Below, one piece after another: positions 42,474-54,261 of a stretch of 64,000 nt of DNA. The notes beneath the pieces were generated by a model. The model did no database searches. It was given only the letters and a program-made list of their open reading frames with translations, and had not been told where the DNA came from. Origin of the DNA: an uncultured delta proteobacterium (GTDB lineage Bacteria > Desulfobacterota > WTBG01 > CAIYCZ01); assembly GCA_963803975.1 (NCBI GenBank), contig CAWDOY010000045.1, positions 1 through 64,000 on the forward strand, given 5' to 3'. Within the stretch, counting starts at the first letter, position 1; each line of letters starts with the position of its first letter. Position numbers and translations under genes: made by a program.

Positions 42474-43664
42474 ATGTACGAAAATTTTTATGGATTTAAA
42501 GAGAAGCCCTTCAGCCTCCTGGCAGATCCTGCCTTTTTATATCTGAGCAAGAAACATGAACTGGCCCTGAACTATCTGGAGTACGGGCTGTCAGAGCAGG
42601 CAGGTTTCATTGTTATTACGGGCGAAGTTGGTTCGGGTAAAACAACACTGATTAAGTACCTGATCAACAAACTGGACAAGGCTTCTATAAAAATTGCCAT
42701 GCTTTTTAATACCAACATCAGCCCACACGAATTTTTGGAAATCGTATTAAAAGAATGGGATATCACTTGCACGGGAAAAGAAAAAACAGACCGCTATGAA
42801 GCACTCACCGGTTTTCTCCTCCAAGAGTATGTTAAGAAAAACAAGGTGGTACTGATTATTGATGAGGCACAGAACCTTTCTTCCGAAACCCTGGAAGAGA
42901 TCCGGATGCTCTCAAACTTGAATGATGAAAAGCAGCCCCTCTTCCACATCATCCTTCTCGGACAGCCGAACCTGCGTGACCGGCTAAACCAGAAGGCACT
43001 GGAGCAGCTGCGCCAGAGAATTTCGATACACTATCATCTTGACCCCCTGGACTTTGATGACGCGGCGCAGTATATCACCCACCGCCTCAAGAAAGCAGGA
43101 TCCCAGCATGCAGATATTTTTATGCCTGCTGCGCTGGAAAGCATTTATCAGCATTCCCGGGGAATCCCCCGTGTGATCAACATTATCTGTGATACGGCGC
43201 TGGTATACGGTTTTGCCGATGGTGCTGAAAAAATTGATAAAACAATCATTGAAAATGTGGTGGAAGAGCGGATAAAAGGAGGATTGATTTTCCTTGAAGA
43301 GACAGCCCGTTCCACCACTGCCCCCCGGCAGTCTCAGGATAATGGCCCGGGTAGAGAGCTCGAAGAAATAAAAGAGCACTATGCCGCCCTCAATAAGAAT
43401 ATTTTTGAGCTGACCCTGCTGGTAAAAAAGTTATATGCAGAAAAAGAGCCTTCTAAAAAAGCACCGCCGAATGCGGTGCATAAATCCAGAAAGCTTTCTG
43501 GCAACACTGAAAAAAAGCGGCGACTGCCGGCGAATAAAAAACTTAACCAAGAAATGAGCGTGCTCCGGGATCGAGTTAAAGGCCTGGAGAAAAAGCTGCA
43601 CAAAAATAATACCGCCGGTAGACGGGCGGTCTCGCGGTTGCTCGTAAAAACACTGGGACGATAG
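42474..43664 (+). CDS. ExeA-like AAA ATPase (type often found in PEP-CTERM/EPS loci)
   Basis: MYENFYGFKEKPFSL..DP.FLY, GEVGSGKT, IIDEAQNL, LGQP.L, GIPR.IN.ICD.AL. Confidence 0.9.
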   Translation: MYENFYGFKEKPFSLLADPAFLYLSKKHELALNYLEYGLSEQAGFIVITGEVGSGKTTLIKYLINKLDKASIKIAMLFNTNISPHEFLEIVLKEWDITCTGKEKTDRYEALTGFLLQEYVKKNKVVLIIDEAQNLSSETLEEIRMLSNLNDEKQPLFHIILLGQPNLRDRLNQKALEQLRQRISIHYHLDPLDFDDAAQYITHRLKKAGSQHADIFMPAALESIYQHSRGIPRVINIICDTALVYGFADGAEKIDKTIIENVVEERIKGGLIFLEETARSTTAPRQSQDNGPGRELEEIKEHYAALNKNIFELTLLVKKLYAEKEPSKKAPPNAVHKSRKLSGNTEKKRRLPANKKLNQEMSVLRDRVKGLEKKLHKNNTAGRRAVSRLLVKTLGR

Positions 43665-43668
43665 GGAT

Positions 43669-43842
43669 ATGAAGGAATTGATACATAGGATTCAGAGCAA
43701 AAAGGCCCGCATTGGCGTGATCGGACTGGGCTATGTGGGGCTTCCTCTGGTAATACGGTTTTGCGAAGAAGGCTTTACGGTCACGGGCTTTGATATTGAT
43801 CCGGCTAAAGTAGCGTCAATCAATGCCGGCAGTAAAAGATAA
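43669..43842 (+). pseudogene. Truncated nucleotide-sugar dehydrogenase (UDP-glucose/GDP-mannose DH family N-terminus)
   Basis: IGVIGLGYVGLPL...GF.VTGFDID..KV..IN.G, then a stop after 57 aa; smpB follows. Confidence 0.82.
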
Positions 43843-43872
43843 GAAGAAGTTTGCAGGAAAAGTTGTCGGGGC

Positions 43873-44328
43873 TTAAGGCCGGCCCTTCAGATCTCGTTCC
43901 AGTTCCCTCCTCATATCCTTCTTCCGGATATCTTCTCTTCGGTCATGAAGGGTTTTCCCCTGCGCCAGTGCCATCTCCACTTTTACGTTCCCCTGGTCAT
44001 TAAAATACATTTTCAGCGGGATAAACGTTTGACCTTTTTGGCGTATTTTGCCATAGAGTTTCTTAATCTCCCGTTTATGGAGCAGCAGCTTGCGTTTTCG
44101 CAGGGGATCATGGTTAAGACGGTTGGCAAATGAATACGGACCGATATGTGCGTCTACCAGGAATATCTCGTTGTTTTCAATGCGGCCGTAACTGTCTTTC
44201 AGATTTGCGCTTCCTCTGCGGCAGGACTTGACTTCGCTGCCGAGCAGCACGATTCCCGTCTCCCAGGTTTCCAGGATGGTGTATTCATGATACGCTTTTT
44301 TGTTCTGTGTTATCAATTTTTGTGACAT
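43873..44328 (-). CDS. smpB: SsrA-binding protein
   Basis: NKKAYHEY, ETGIVLLGSEVKS, RKLLLHKREI, GK..HDRRE. Confidence 0.97.
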   Translation of the reverse strand: MSQKLITQNKKAYHEYTILETWETGIVLLGSEVKSCRRGSANLKDSYGRIENNEIFLVDAHIGPYSFANRLNHDPLRKRKLLLHKREIKKLYGKIRQKGQTFIPLKMYFNDQGNVKVEMALAQGKTLHDRREDIRKKDMRRELERDLKGRP

Positions 44329-44547
44329 ATACCATTACGCCCGTGCCAGGATGACTACCGGAAAACCACCCGCGTGCGCGGGTGTGTTGAAACTGTTAAC
44401 AGTTTTAGACCGGCATGTCAATAACCCGGGGATTACGGAGTCATGATAATACGTTGACAGGGTATTCCGATTACTATGCTACAATTTACCTGGTTATGCC
44501 ATAGCGCCCTATGCATAACGCAATAACTCTCCCGGTGATTTTAAAGC

Positions 44548-45489
44548 ATGAGCAATGAGCCGCAGGATTTTAACTTTAGTGAAGAAGTAGAAGCATTTGC
44601 CTCGGTCGAGGATGCAGCAGACGCGGGAGAAGACGCCGCTGCCCGGGTGCCGGTTACCTACGATCCCCTGCAGCGGTACTTACGGGAAATAAACAGGATT
44701 CCCCTGCTGAGCCGCGAAGAGGAGCAGCAGCTTGCCATCCACTACCGCGAAACCGGGGATGTGGAGGCAGCATACCAGCTTGTCACCAGCAACCTGCGCC
44801 TGGTGGTCAAGATTGCTCTTGAGTTTCACCATCGCTGGATGGTAAGCCTGCTGGACCTCATTCAGGAGGGCAATATCGGGCTGATGATGGCGATAAAAAA
44901 GTTTGATCCCTACCGCGGCGTGAAGCTTTCCCATTATGCCTCCTACTGGATTCGCGCTTACATTTTGAAATTTATCATGGATAACTGGAAACTGGTAAAA
45001 ATCGGGACGACCCAGATGCAGCGCAAGATCTTTTTCAACCTGCAGAAAGAAAAGAAGCGGCTTGAGGGGCTCGGGTTCGATCCTGCTCCCAAACGTCTGG
45101 CGGAAGCGTTCAACACTACGGAAAACCAGGTTATTGAAATGGAACAGCGCCTTGGTGACTGGGAGCCCTCGCTTGATCAGGTGGTGGGGGATGACTGGAA
45201 GGAGACGCGGGGGGATTTTATGGCTGATGACACGGAGCTGTTTGACCGGAAAATGGCTCGCAGTCAGTTCCAGGAGCTTTTCAATCAGAAGCTGCAGGAA
45301 TTCAGCGCCACGCTGGACGGCAAAGAACTTGATATCCTGGAGAACCGGCTGTTATCTGAGAATCCGCACACGCTGCAGGCCATGGGCGAGAAATACGGCA
45401 TAACCAAAGAACGGGTACGCCAGCTTGAAGAGCGTCTGAAGAAAAAAATCAGGAGCTACATTGAGGAGCAGATTCCAGATTTGCCGTGA
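44548..45489 (+). CDS. rpoH: RNA polymerase sigma-32 family factor
   Basis: SNLRLVVKIA, DLIQEGNIGLM, WIRAYI and RpoH box QRKIFFNL; KERVRQLE. Confidence 0.88.
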   Translation: MSNEPQDFNFSEEVEAFASVEDAADAGEDAAARVPVTYDPLQRYLREINRIPLLSREEEQQLAIHYRETGDVEAAYQLVTSNLRLVVKIALEFHHRWMVSLLDLIQEGNIGLMMAIKKFDPYRGVKLSHYASYWIRAYILKFIMDNWKLVKIGTTQMQRKIFFNLQKEKKRLEGLGFDPAPKRLAEAFNTTENQVIEMEQRLGDWEPSLDQVVGDDWKETRGDFMADDTELFDRKMARSQFQELFNQKLQEFSATLDGKELDILENRLLSENPHTLQAMGEKYGITKERVRQLEERLKKKIRSYIEEQIPDLP

Positions 45490-45547
45490 TACCCAGCCGT
45501 ACTGCTCTGACCGGCGGCACGGGATTGTTTACAGGCGACACCGTCTC

Positions 45548-45575
45548 TTGACAAAATAAAATTTGCGATTACAAT
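45548..45575 (+). promoter_or_regulatory. Putative sigma70 promoter
   Basis: TTGACA-N16-TACAAT. Confidence 0.5.
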
Positions 45576-45589
45576 CATACCCTGAAAAG

Positions 45590-45653
45590 GTGAAGCTCCC
45601 CGCCCATCACACAATCCCGAATAGCCTGTCGGGATTCGGGACGGAGCTTTCAC
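45590..45653. repeat. Nested hairpin (REP-like)
   Basis: gtgaagctcc...ggagctttcac enclosing aatcccga-N8-tcgggatt. Confidence 0.6.
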
Positions 45654-45698
45654 AACAGGTATACCGGTAAACCTTCAACCATTGCAGGGGAGCGCTGT

Positions 45699-46960
<1,262 letters not shown>

Positions 46961-47152
46961 ACGGGGGTATGCCGTCTGCAGCGCAGCCCGCTTGGTCTTT
47001 TTTCTGCTGCTCATTCACTTCACATCTTTTGCGTATCTCACACATAACAACCATGGATAAACAATTTTCCCCCTGAGCGTTTGGGAACGGATTCATGAAT
47101 TATTTGTCTATGTCTCATTGAGCAACTTGTTTTTATAGCGGTGGAGGTGTTC

Positions 47153-48139
47153 ATGGAACCTAACATACAACATATCACCAGAGAAGTTGAGCGCACCAGC
47201 CCGATGATGAGAGCGGTGGTGCAGGAGATGAAAAAAATAATGGTGGGGCAGGATTATCTCCTGGAGCGGCTGCTCATAGGCCTGATTGCTAACGGCCACA
47301 TCCTGATTGAAGGTGTGCCGGGGCTGGCAAAAACAACTGCTGTCAAGACCCTGGCGCAGACCATTGCTACCAGCTTCCAGCGGATTCAGTTTACCCCGGA
47401 CCTGCTGCCGGCTGACCTCATAGGCACGCAGATATATCTCCCCAAAAGCGGTGAGTTTACCATCAAGAAAGGCCCGATTTTTTCCAACATCATTCTTGCA
47501 GACGAGATTAACCGGGCCCCGGCCAAGGTGCAGAGCGCGCTGCTTGAGTGCATGCAGGAGCGGCAGGTAACCATTGGCGAGACCACCTTTGTTTTGGAAG
47601 AGCCATTCCTGGTTATGGCAACACAGAATCCCATCGAGCAGGAGGGGACCTATCCGCTGCCCGAGGCCCAGGTTGATCGTTTCATGCTCAAGCTTAAAGT
47701 CGGCTATCCCGGCAAAGCAGAGGAAAAAGAAATTATGCAGCGCATTGCCGGACGCACGCTGGAAAAGATTGAACCCGTTACCACGCCGCAGCAAATACTT
47801 GAGGTGCGCCGCGTTGCAGACCAGGTGTACATCGATGAGAAGCTGCAGGATTATATTGTGGAAATCGTCTGTGCCACCCGCGAGCCCAAAGTGTTTGGCA
47901 TCGACATAGAGCACCTGATACAGTTTGGAGCGTCTCCCCGGGCCTCCATCTACCTTAACCAGGCAGCACGGGCCTATGCCTTTCTTCAGGAAAGAGGCTA
48001 TGTCACGCCCCAGGATATTAAAACCATTGGACGCGATGTATTACGGCATAGAATCATTTTAAGTTACGAGGCTGAAGCAGAAAACCTCACCACCGATGAC
48101 ATCATTACAAAAATTTTTAATAATGTTGAAGTGCCGTAA
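47153..48139 (+). CDS. moxR: MoxR family AAA+ ATPase
   Basis: EGVPGLAKT, RIQFTPDLLPAD, LADEINRAPAKVQSALLE, ATQNPIEQEGTYPLPEAQ.DRF. Confidence 0.95.
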   Translation: MEPNIQHITREVERTSPMMRAVVQEMKKIMVGQDYLLERLLIGLIANGHILIEGVPGLAKTTAVKTLAQTIATSFQRIQFTPDLLPADLIGTQIYLPKSGEFTIKKGPIFSNIILADEINRAPAKVQSALLECMQERQVTIGETTFVLEEPFLVMATQNPIEQEGTYPLPEAQVDRFMLKLKVGYPGKAEEKEIMQRIAGRTLEKIEPVTTPQQILEVRRVADQVYIDEKLQDYIVEIVCATREPKVFGIDIEHLIQFGASPRASIYLNQAARAYAFLQERGYVTPQDIKTIGRDVLRHRIILSYEAEAENLTTDDIITKIFNNVEVP

Positions 48140-48140
48140 A

Positions 48141-48192
48141 ACAGAAGCAAGAGGACAGCGGTCAGACCGCAGACAAGAGAGCACAGGAGACC
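48141..48192. repeat. Degenerate CAGA heptamer tandem
   Basis: acagaagcaagaggacagcggtcagaccgcagacaagagagcacaggaga. Confidence 0.5.
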
Positions 48193-48199
48193 CTGTTGC

Positions 48200-49075
48200 A
48201 TGATTCCGCAGGAAATACTCCATAAAATAAAAAAAATCCATATCCGCAGCAACTACCTGGTCAATGACATCTTTGCCGGAGAATATGAAAGCGCGTTTCG
48301 CGGCCGGGGCATGGAGTTTGAGGAAGTGCGGGAGTACGCTCCCGGAGATGATATCAGAGATATCGACTGGAATGTTACCGCCCGCATGGGGCATCCGTTT
48401 GTCAAGGTATACCGGGAAGAGCGTGAGCTGACCGTTATGCTGCTGGTTGACGTGAGTTCCTCCGGGCTTTTTGGAACGGTGAAGCAGCTGAAAATTGAGC
48501 TCTCTGCCGAGATTGCCTCAGTGCTTGCCTTTGCCGCCATCAAGAGCAATGACAAGGTTGGCCTCATTATTTTCAGTGATCATGTTGAAAAGTATATCCC
48601 TCCTAAAAAGGGCCGGGGGCACGTGTGGCGCGTGATCAAGGAAGTGCTTGAGCATCAGCCCCGCTCTACCGGGACCGACATAGCAGCAGCGCTCAATTAC
48701 TTAAACACGGTATGCAGGCGCAGGGCGGTAGCCTTCCTCATTTCCGATTTTATCGCCCGGGACTATGAAAAAGCGCTCAACGTCATCCACAAGAAACATG
48801 AAGTGATTGCCATCCACATCCGTGATCCCCGGGAGCAGGAATTACCGGCGGTGGGCATAGTAGAGCTTGAAGATGCAGAAACAGGGGAACCAATGCTTAT
48901 TGACACGTCTGATGGAGCCGTCCGGAAAGCATATCAGCTCGTGACAGCAAAACGATTTCAGCAGTGGCTCAAGCTCGTGAGGTCTGCAGGCATTGATTGT
49001 CTGGATATCAGAACAGATGCGCCCTATATTGATACCATGCTTAGATTTTTCAGGATGCGTGAAAAAAGGCTTTGA
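48200..49075 (+). CDS. DUF58 domain protein
   Basis: GRGMEFEEVREY.PGDDIR.IDWNVTAR, EREL, DVSSS, ISDF. Confidence 0.93.
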   Translation: MIPQEILHKIKKIHIRSNYLVNDIFAGEYESAFRGRGMEFEEVREYAPGDDIRDIDWNVTARMGHPFVKVYREERELTVMLLVDVSSSGLFGTVKQLKIELSAEIASVLAFAAIKSNDKVGLIIFSDHVEKYIPPKKGRGHVWRVIKEVLEHQPRSTGTDIAAALNYLNTVCRRRAVAFLISDFIARDYEKALNVIHKKHEVIAIHIRDPREQELPAVGIVELEDAETGEPMLIDTSDGAVRKAYQLVTAKRFQQWLKLVRSAGIDCLDIRTDAPYIDTMLRFFRMREKRL

Positions 49076-49256
49076 CGCGTACGTACGGGAGAGCAGGATA
49101 CGTGGGCCGTTTTGCAGTTATACCCTTCTGGTGTCTTTGTAATCCTTTCCATCGAACGCCTGTTCTGCCCCTGCACCAGGGGACAGGAACAAGCCAGGCG
49201 CAGCAGCGCCCCCCCCGGTCGAATTTAGAGCCCAGGTAGATAAGGCCGTTGCAACC

Positions 49257-50108
49257 GTGGGCGACCTTATCACGCTTACCCTGAGCTTGAGCAGCGAGCC
49301 GCAGATTGCGGTGCGCCTTCCTGAAGCAGGCTCCCGGATTGCCGGTTTGCGGATTGTGGATGACGGCGAAGAAGGCCCGAAGATGGTTGATAACCGGACG
49401 GTGCAGAAGAAGTGGTATAAATTCCAGCCGGACAGTGTCGGATCATATATTATACCGGCGCTCTCCGTTACCTATACCGACGCCAGGGGAGCGCAGCAGG
49501 AGCTTAAAAGCGCGCAGTTATTTATTGAGGTCAAATCCGTCCTTAAAGATAAGAACGCAGGAGCGACCGGGGAGATACGTGATATCAAGCCGCTCCAGGA
49601 AATCCCCTGGTCTCCGGGGCAGCCCCTCATATACGGCGCCTTGATGGTTTTGCTTCTCTTTGCCGGGGGCGTTTTTCTCTTTTATTTTCTGGGCAAAAAA
49701 AAGAACCAGCTCCCGGCGCCTCCCGACCCTGCCCATATTCGCGCCTTTGAAGAGCTTGAACAGCTCTCCCGCGAGCAGTTGCTGGAAAGGGGGATCGTGC
49801 GGGAGTACTATTTCCGTCTCTCAGAGATCTTCCGGCGCTATATTGAACGGCGCTTTCATATCCCTGCGGTGGAGCGGACCACAGAGGAAATAATGCCTGA
49901 TATTTTAAACCTGCAGGAATGCGGTTCAGCACTTAAGGCTGAAATGCGGGAAATCCTGCGCTACGCTGACCTGGTAAAGTTTGCCCGCTTCTGCCCTGAC
50001 AGGAATACTTCCGATAATGACTACCGGAAAGTTGTGAGGGTGATTGAAGAAACAAAAGAAGCGCCGCCTGCAGGTAATGCAGAGCACCCTGATGTCCCGG
50101 CAGAATAA
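49257..50108 (+). CDS. Bat-operon membrane protein (true start probably upstream, near 49072)
   Basis: VGD.I.L.L Ig-like start; IRDIKP; TM; YYFRLSEI.R.Y.E.RF...E.TT.E, ADLVKFA. Confidence 0.8.
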   Translation: MGDLITLTLSLSSEPQIAVRLPEAGSRIAGLRIVDDGEEGPKMVDNRTVQKKWYKFQPDSVGSYIIPALSVTYTDARGAQQELKSAQLFIEVKSVLKDKNAGATGEIRDIKPLQEIPWSPGQPLIYGALMVLLLFAGGVFLFYFLGKKKNQLPAPPDPAHIRAFEELEQLSREQLLERGIVREYYFRLSEIFRRYIERRFHIPAVERTTEEIMPDILNLQECGSALKAEMREILRYADLVKFARFCPDRNTSDNDYRKVVRVIEETKEAPPAGNAEHPDVPAE

Positions 50109-50110
50109 AA

Positions 50111-51113
50111 GTGCATATGCTCACCCGCTTTGCAGATCCCTGGTTATTACTACTGTTACTGATAGTGCCGCTGATGGTGCTGTATTCAGTAAAGAAGCGC
50201 AGCAGCAGGATCCGCTTTTCATCCCTTGCAGCCCTTAAAGAGGTAAAACAGTCGAAGACGCCTGCATGGAGAAAAGGGCTCTTGTTTATGCGGTGCCTGG
50301 CCATGAGCCTATTTATCCTTGCCCTGGCACGGCCGCAATCAGGAAACAGAAGCACGGAGATCATAACCGAGGGTGTTGATATCATGCTCTGCCTTGACAC
50401 CTCCGGCAGCATGAATGCCCTTGATTTCACGCTCGATAATAAGCGGGTAAACCGGCTCCAGGTAGTAAAAAAAGTGGTAGAGGAATTCGTCCGCGGGAGG
50501 CAGAATGATCGTATCGGCATGGTGGTGTTTGCCGCGGAGGCATTCACCCAGTGCCCGCTCACGCTTGACTACGGGGTCCTCCTGAGCTTTTTAGAGAAAC
50601 TGGAAATCGGGATGGCAGGAGATACGACGGCTATAGGGTCAGCCCTTGCGACCTGCGTGAAACGGCTCAAGGATTTACCGTCAAAATCAAAAATTATAAT
50701 TCTTCTCACTGACGGGAGAAACAATACCGGCTCTATTGCCCCGGCAACCGCAGCAGACATCGCTAAAACCTGCGGCTATCAAGGTGTACACCATAGGGGT
50801 TGGCACTGAAGGAGAAGCACCCTTTCTGGTCGACAGCCTTTTTGGCAAACGGTATGTTTATCAGCGGGTGGACCTTGATGAGGAAACCTTGCAGGAGATT
50901 GCGCAAAAAACCGGCGGCACCTACTTCAGGGCAACCAATACCGAAGCACTGAAAGCTATATATCAGCAGATAGACAAGATGGAAAAGAGCGAGGCCAAGG
51001 TAAAGGAGTATATGGAGTATGAAGAGCTGTTTGCCTGGTTCCTTATTCCGGGGCTGTGCCTGGTGTTGGTTGAAATACTCCTGGCAAATACCCGGCTGCG
51101 AAAAATACCATGA
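50111..51113 (+). CDS. batA: VWA domain protein, BatA-like (frameshift near 50770)
   Basis: FADPW.L, LARPQ, DTSGSM MIDAS, TAIG, LTDG.NN, TIGVG, TGG.YFRA. Confidence 0.85.
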
Positions 51114-51120
51114 ACCGGAG

Positions 51121-51183
51121 CATACCAGCCCGCAGCTTTCCGCTGAGATATACCATGCTGAAAGCTGCCCGCTGAAAGCGCAA
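51121..51183. repeat. Inverted CAGC/GCTG heptamer array
   Basis: ccagcccgcagctttccgct ... gctgaaagctgcccgctgaaagc. Confidence 0.55.
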
Positions 51184-51185
51184 AC

Positions 51186-52193
51186 ATGAAATTCGCCCAT
51201 CCCTCATATCTGTTTCTGTTCTGGCTGGTGCCAGCGCTCATAGTCTTTTACCTCTATGCCTTCAGGAAAAAGGATAAGCTCATAAAGGCATTCTGCGGAG
51301 AAACCCTGTATGCCGAGCTCGTGCCCTCAGTCTCTCCGGGAAGGCAGAAGCTGAAAGCAGCGCTGTTACTGGGTTCTTTGAGCTTTCTGGTCGTTTCCCT
51401 GCTGCAGCCGCGGTGGGGTTTTCAGTGGGAGGATATCAAGAGGCAGGGGATTGATATCATGGTGGCAATCGATGTATCCCAGAGCATGCTGGCGGAAGAT
51501 ATAAAACCAAGCCGCCTGGAGCGGGCCAAGCGCAAAGTTTATGATTTGTGCCGGATGCTTGAAGGAGACCGGATCGGCCTCATTGCTTTTGCCGGTACCA
51601 GCTTTGTCCAGTGCCCGCTCACGCTTGATTATGGGGCGTTCAAGATATTCCTTGATTACCTTGAGCCGGACTTGATACCGGTCCCCGGGACCGCCATCGG
51701 CCAGGCAATCAGAGCAGCCATTAATTCATTTAGCCGCCGCGAGCGAACTTCCAAGGCGCTCATTATTATTACTGATGGCGAGGATCATGAGGAAAGTCCC
51801 CTGAAGGCAGCGCAGGAGGCAAAAAAAGAAGGCATCAGAATTTTTACCATCGGCGTCGGGCAGGACGGCGGGGCGCCCATCCCGATGAAAGACGGCTCAG
51901 GCGGATTTAAAAAAGACGGGGGGGGCGAGATGGTGCTGAGCAGGCTTGACGAGGCAGCCCTGCAGAAAATAGCTCTTGAGACCGGCGGGAGCTATGTGCG
52001 CTCGGTAACCGGGGACCTGGATCTGAATAAAATCTACCAGGAGGATATCAGGGGCAAAATAGAAAAAAAAGAACTGCTCTCAACGCGCAAAAAACGCTGG
52101 GAGGAGCGGTTCCAGTGGTTTCTGTTTGCAGCGATACTGCTTCTGGGAATAGAATTTTTTATGCGCGAGACAAAAGCCGTGCGCAAAAGATAA
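51186..52193 (+). CDS. batB: VWA domain protein, BatB-like
   Basis: PRWG, DVSQSMLAEDIKPSRLERAK, PLTLDY, ITDGEDHE, ERFQWFL. Confidence 0.88.
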   Translation: MKFAHPSYLFLFWLVPALIVFYLYAFRKKDKLIKAFCGETLYAELVPSVSPGRQKLKAALLLGSLSFLVVSLLQPRWGFQWEDIKRQGIDIMVAIDVSQSMLAEDIKPSRLERAKRKVYDLCRMLEGDRIGLIAFAGTSFVQCPLTLDYGAFKIFLDYLEPDLIPVPGTAIGQAIRAAINSFSRRERTSKALIIITDGEDHEESPLKAAQEAKKEGIRIFTIGVGQDGGAPIPMKDGSGGFKKDGGGEMVLSRLDEAALQKIALETGGSYVRSVTGDLDLNKIYQEDIRGKIEKKELLSTRKKRWEERFQWFLFAAILLLGIEFFMRETKAVRKR

Positions 52194-52574
52194 TCAGCTG
52201 TGGCGGCACTGCCTGCCGGACATGTGAAGCGCTGCGCCCATCTTGACTGAGCGGAAGGGGGAAAGAACCGGGCAGCAAATAGTGATTGACTAATGCTGCA
52301 TAATATAATAGTTTTATTTTTAACTATTTAATCACCTAAATAAATTGAGCGCTGCAAGCGCACGTTTTTTCTCTCTGATTTTCTGACCGTTTTAACTTGT
52401 AACAGGGTACAATTCATTCCATACTCATATATAAGCGCACCATTGCAGCCGGTGGCAGGTTAAAACCATATAGAGCCGTGTAGGCCGGCATAGCTTGTTT
52501 TTGCTTGCTATTCCAGCTTTCAATTAAACAGAGGCCCTTTATTCTTAACACAGCAACACAGAGGAGGTACGGCC

Positions 52575-53975
52575 ATGAGCAAGAAGTTAATTCATTATCG
52601 GTATGTTAGTATGGTGCCTTCCGGCATACGCATCTGCAACCATTGCAGAAGGGTGGGTGCGCCATGACATCGGGCCGCAGACCAGCCCGATTTACCTGGA
52701 CGTTGCAGACATTGATGGAGATGGCGCTCTTGATGTCGCTGCCACGGCTGACGTGCATCCAGGGGGATCAAACTCTGAAGTAGCGTGGTATCGCAATAAT
52801 CTGAAACAGGGGTTGCCCTGGGAGAAGATCGTCATCAGCTCTGATAAGCCGGAAACCAATCCTATTGTTGGCGCAGGCGGGATTGTCATCGCTGATATTG
52901 ACGGGGACGGCCGTAAAGATGCTGTGGTTGTTACGGGAAACGTGATCAACCCTAAGGGAGATGTCTACTGGTTTAAGGCGCCTGCAGATCCTGCCACGAG
53001 CCCATGGCAGCGGTTTGATATTGAGACCGGGGTAGCTGACTCCTACTTTAAAGTCTATACCATGGATGCTGATGCAGACGGAACGCAGGACATGGTTATC
53101 GGCGGGAACAAGGGTGCTGTTCTGTTTCTTAACCCCGGGAACCCTGATCAGCCGGGAGCTGCGTGGACAAAGGTGCCGATTGCCCGAGGGAACGGGAAGC
53201 ACTGTTTGCATGGATGATATGAATAATGATGGGAGAATAGATATCATTAATACCCACACCGGATTCAAACCTGATTATGCAGGAAATGTCTCATGGCTTG
53301 ATGTGAACAATGAATGGCCAGGTTTCGTTCGACAGGACGATGATAGACCCTGCTCTGGTCAAGGCTTTTGACGCTAACACCATGGATGTGAACGGGGACG
53401 GTAAAAAAGATGTGGTCGTTTCCACTTTTCAGCTTCCTGACATATACTGGTATGAACAGCCTGCAGCCAGTACAGCGCCCTGGATACAGCACCTCATAAC
53501 GAATACCTATGAGGGTACAGACCTTTATACGGGTGACATTGATGGAGATAAAAAGACGGATTTAATAATATCCGGTCTATTCACAAAAAAGATTTACTGG
53601 TTCAGCTATCAGTTGGAAAATGGCGCGGCTGTCTGGACAGACCATCTTCTTGATGATGACATTATAAATCCGGGGGACATCTCCCTCAATGACATGGATG
53701 GAGACGGGGACCTGGATGTGGTGCTTGCCGGCATGGGTGAAAACCAGATCATCTGGTATGAAAACCAGCTGCCCCGCGCAAATCCCTGCGCCGTGACGTT
53801 TGTGCTGGGAGAAAAATCATCCGCCCTGCCGGCGCTCAGAAGTTTCCGAGACAGCTATCTGAAATCAATGCCCGGCGGCGAATCAATTATTAAATCCTAT
53901 TATTCTGCTTCGCCCGGGATTATTCAGTTCCTGCAGAGTATTAAAGGTGTGACAACGAAGCTTCTCCCGTGGTAA
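52575..53975 (+). CDS. Secreted FG-GAP/VCBS repeat protein with CFI-box-CTERM-like tail (3 indels)
   Basis: Repeated D.DGDG..D.V motifs; tail C....LG.....L..LR.FRD.YL....G...I..YY..SP; ggagg RBS before 52575. Confidence 0.82.
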
Positions 53976-54009
53976 TATAAGAGAAGATGTTCCAGTAGCA
54001 CAGTTTTTC

Positions 54010-54045
54010 AAAAGGGTAACATCATGGCGGTGTTACCCTTTTTTA
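54010..54045 (+). terminator. Intrinsic terminator
   Basis: aaaagggtaaca-N9-tgttacccttttttt. Confidence 0.85.
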
Positions 54046-54080
54046 TAACGCAGCATCACGAGGATATGGAACCAGATCAT

Positions 54081-54165
54081 TGAGAGTTGGCGGGTTGTGG
54101 AGTTAAGGAGTTTCGGAGTTCTATAATTAAAAACTCCACACGCGCAACTCTTAAACTCTTTCACT
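54081..54165. repeat. Inverted GGAGTT/AACTC octamer array
   Basis: gagagttggcgggttgtggagttaaggagtttcggagtt ... aactccacacgcgcaactcttaaactct. Confidence 0.7.
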
Positions 54166-54261
54166 ATATTGTAGTCTGTGTTCCCGATATCCCGAAGGCT
54201 TTCGGGAATCGGGACTGTGGTTAATTTTTAACAGAACAGAACCTTATTACCGGGAGAACGT

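Noticed and set aside
47108..47914. Long antisense ORFs (also 1107-1637, 29869-30426 and 60992-61621)
   Set aside because: Shadows of well-supported genes on the opposite strand, with no recognisable motifs.
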